DNA from: Eledone cirrhosa
Taxonomy: Eukaryota
Length of the DNA: 64,000 bases
Assembly (NCBI GenBank): GCA_964016885.1
Contig: OZ024743.1
Location: 207,948,001-208,012,000, forward strand
Reading direction: 5' to 3'
Shown in pieces: positions 61,601 to 64,000 of this stretch. The first letter of the stretch is position 1, and every line of letters starts with the position of its first letter. The translations under genes and the position numbers were made by a program. Under the pieces are notes generated by a model, which was not told where the DNA came from, searched no databases, and saw only the letters and a list, made by a program, of their open reading frames with translations.

Positions 61601-62175
61601 TCTAAAATACTAAAACAACTCTTTTATGGAGAGTTGGTAAAAGGAAAACGACCGCCACATAAACCAAAAAAGAGGTATAAGGATTCCTTGAAAGCCTCTC
61701 TGAAAGACGCTAACATCTCTGCTGATCGTAATAAATGGAGAAAGACTGTATATGAGGGAAAAGTTGCCTTTGAGGCATCTCGAATCGCATACGAGAAAGT
61801 AAAGCGGAATGTGAGGAAGGGCATTGCTGTTGCACTTCCAGACGGCGAGGGTCCTCCTATGGTGCTGACATGCAGCGTATGTGCGAGACTCTGCCTAAGC
61901 AAAGCTGGACTCGAAAGTCATCTTCGCAGTCATAAAGTAAAGCCAGTGGTTGACTACCAGGCTGCTGTTGGAGATGCTACTCATCATGCTTGCCAAACAT
62001 GTGGTAGAGAATGTAAATCAGCAGGAGGGCTCAAGCGACATGCAAAAGTACACGAACTCCAACCACAGCCGACTATTCCCAGTGAATATTTTGGTTGCCG
62101 ACTCTGTGCAAGACATTTTAGATCATTGGCTGGGCTAAAAAGCCACATTCGATCGCAGCGCTGTTAGTTGCTATC
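58178..62175 (+). mobile_element. Full-length inactive RTE (BovB-like) LINE with three C-terminal C2H2-type fingers
   Basis: EN from 58793 (LGCWNVRTL, ALSETR), GDFNAR, WTDH, DLTKAFD; frameshifts near 59020 and 60835, stop at 59700, YADD->YADG; fingers at ~61870-62167. Confidence 0.95.
58466..58560 (+). mobile_element. SINE 3' half inserted in the RTE 5'UTR
   Basis: gactttgcctttcatccttacggggtcgataaaataaagtaccag...gtagaaacaatt followed by (att)n. Confidence 0.85.
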
Positions 62176-62230
62176 GTGTGTGTGTGTAGATATGCTTATG
62201 TGTGTGCGTGTGTGTGTATATATATATGTA

Positions 62231-64000
62231 TCCTTCCCCTACGAGAAGTAAGGTAAGTGGTCTTTCCCATCTTTTCCACTCCTTTTCAACATGACCTCAC
62301 TCAGAATAGGCAGCATAAATGCGCGTGGCTTGGGGTCGTCATGGAAGCAGGGCCACCTGCTCAACGACCTCAGGTCACTAAACATAGATGTAGTGGCCAT
62401 CAGCGAGACCAGAATCTCCGAAGCACGGGCCTTCGCACCGATCTTCGGCGGCTACGATGTGTACGCATCTCCCAGCCGTCCGGGATCGGGGGGGGAGGAG
62501 TTGCTGTGCTTTTTTGGAGAGGTTTGGATCTTGCCATACGGGCCATCTTCCTGGACCCAGAAGGTAAGTTGGTGGTGCTGGACATGACCAGCGGAGAAGG
62601 GCAAGCTTTCAGGTTAGTGGCCGTCTATGCCCCGACAGGAGCAGGGCGGCCTGATTTCTTCCGGCGTCTGGAGACCTTTCTTGGAACGTCCCGCTCTTTA
62701 GTGTTAGTGGGCGACTGGAACGGGATCTTAGATGCATGCTGGGACTGTGTGGGATTAGTGGATAGGGAAGGAGGATGCAAGAGTCTCACCAACCTGCTCA
62801 GGCGTTTTGAACTGTCTGACAGGTACCGAATGGATTTCCCGAATGTACCAATGTGGACTTGGACAAATCACATAGGGTCCTCCAGATCATATCTAGATAG
62901 AGTATTTTGTAGGGAAATAGATAGGTCTAGCATAGGCTGTCCACAATTCAAGATAGTCAGCTACACGGACCACAATTTCGTGATCTGTGTGCTTGACTTA
63001 GATAGGCTTCATAGACGAGGACCCGGCTACTGGAAGATAAACGCGTCCTTACCAGCGCACAAGGCCTACAGAGACCGGATTAGCGAACTAGTTAAGCGGG
63101 CGTTGACGGGGGCCATCGTCAACAAGTGGTGGTTTGCTCTGAAAAGAGCAATTAGAATAGAGTCCATTAGGTTTAGTAAGGCTTTAGCAATAGAGAAAAA
63201 TAGAGCAGAGGGAGAACTAGTTAGAAAATTAGACGAGGTGCTTAGCAAAGGCATCGCGACCGACGTACTTGCGGCGAAATTGGCCCTTGACCAATTTTTC
63301 AATGCAAAGCACGAAGGCTGTGTTGTCAGAGCTAGGGTGCGTGCTCTCAGACACGAGGGGACGAAAGCCATTCAATGGGCCCGAGTGGCGGAGGCGCGTC
63401 GTGGCAATAAAGCCACGATCCAGTCTTTGGTGGACCACGACGGGTGCATGCTACTCGATCCCGGGCAAATGTGTGAAGCTTTTCAGTGACACTTCGCTCA
63501 ACTGTTCGGGGGCAGTGGCGGGCCGGATCGAGGGATGGACTTTAGTGTCTACCTCGACGGACTGCCGTGGCTTTCGGCCACTGAGGCGGAGTGTTGCGAA
63601 AAGCCGATAACAACCGCTGAAGTACGGGAGGCAATGACTGGCTGCACAAGGGGTAAATCGCCTGGTTTAGATGGTCTGCCCTATGAACTTTACGTACAGA
63701 TGCCAGACTTGTTCGGAGGCCTCTTGGCGGACGTCTACTGCAACTGGCAACAGAACGGGAGAATTCCTAGCTCTGTGAGCCGAGGAGCGGTGGCGCTGCT
63801 GAGAAAGGATCCGAACAAGGGGGATAACATAGATAATTTTAGGCCCATAACTCTGCTAAACACAGAGTTCAAGATTTTGGCCAAGGTGCTAGCAAAGAGG
63901 ATGGCGCTTGTCGGTGGTCTGGTGGGAGAGGCACAGACATGCGCCATTCCCGACAGATCCATCCACGACAACCTCCACCTCATGCAATACATCGTAGAGA
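62231..64000 (+). mobile_element. Tx1/L1-clade LINE ORF2 (APE + start of RT), disrupted, runs off window
   Basis: ATG 62291 MTSLRIGSINARGL, AISET, GDWN, YTDH, GPGYWKIN, GKSPGLDGLP, NFRPITLLN; frameshift in G-run near 62490, TGA at 63487. Confidence 0.9.

Overview
AT-rich eukaryotic genomic DNA with no confidently identifiable intact host gene. The repeat content (tRNA-head SINEs, RTE/CR1/Tx1 LINEs, very long TA arrays) suggests a cephalopod such as Octopus, but that is inference. 1-23 kb holds low-complexity tracts, decayed LINE/SINE fragments, MITE-like fold-backs and three minisatellites (21, 31, 27 bp units). 23-64 kb is a dense nest of non-LTR retrotransposons, nearly all bounded by (TA)n/(TA)nTG arrays: four RTE copies with a PHD finger inside the RT (one ORF uninterrupted), an RTE/RTEX-like element with one frameshift, an RTE ending in three C2H2-type fingers plus two internally deleted derivatives, two CR1-group elements and a Tx1/L1-like ORF2. 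The most notable signal is a set of hammerhead-ribozyme motifs: 47118 and 51121 (two ~55-nt copies standing alone in a TA array, 4.0 kb apart), 54756 (U3-A8 core variant), 56822 (minus strand) and a core at the centre of a 138-bp-arm palindrome (16665). Also notable: a 5'UTR-like module repeated in RTE 3'UTRs, and one ~650-bp segment found inverted just upstream of two different full-length RTEs. Most long ORFs in the track (YI/CV/HT repeats) are microsatellite artefacts. All structures were read by eye.
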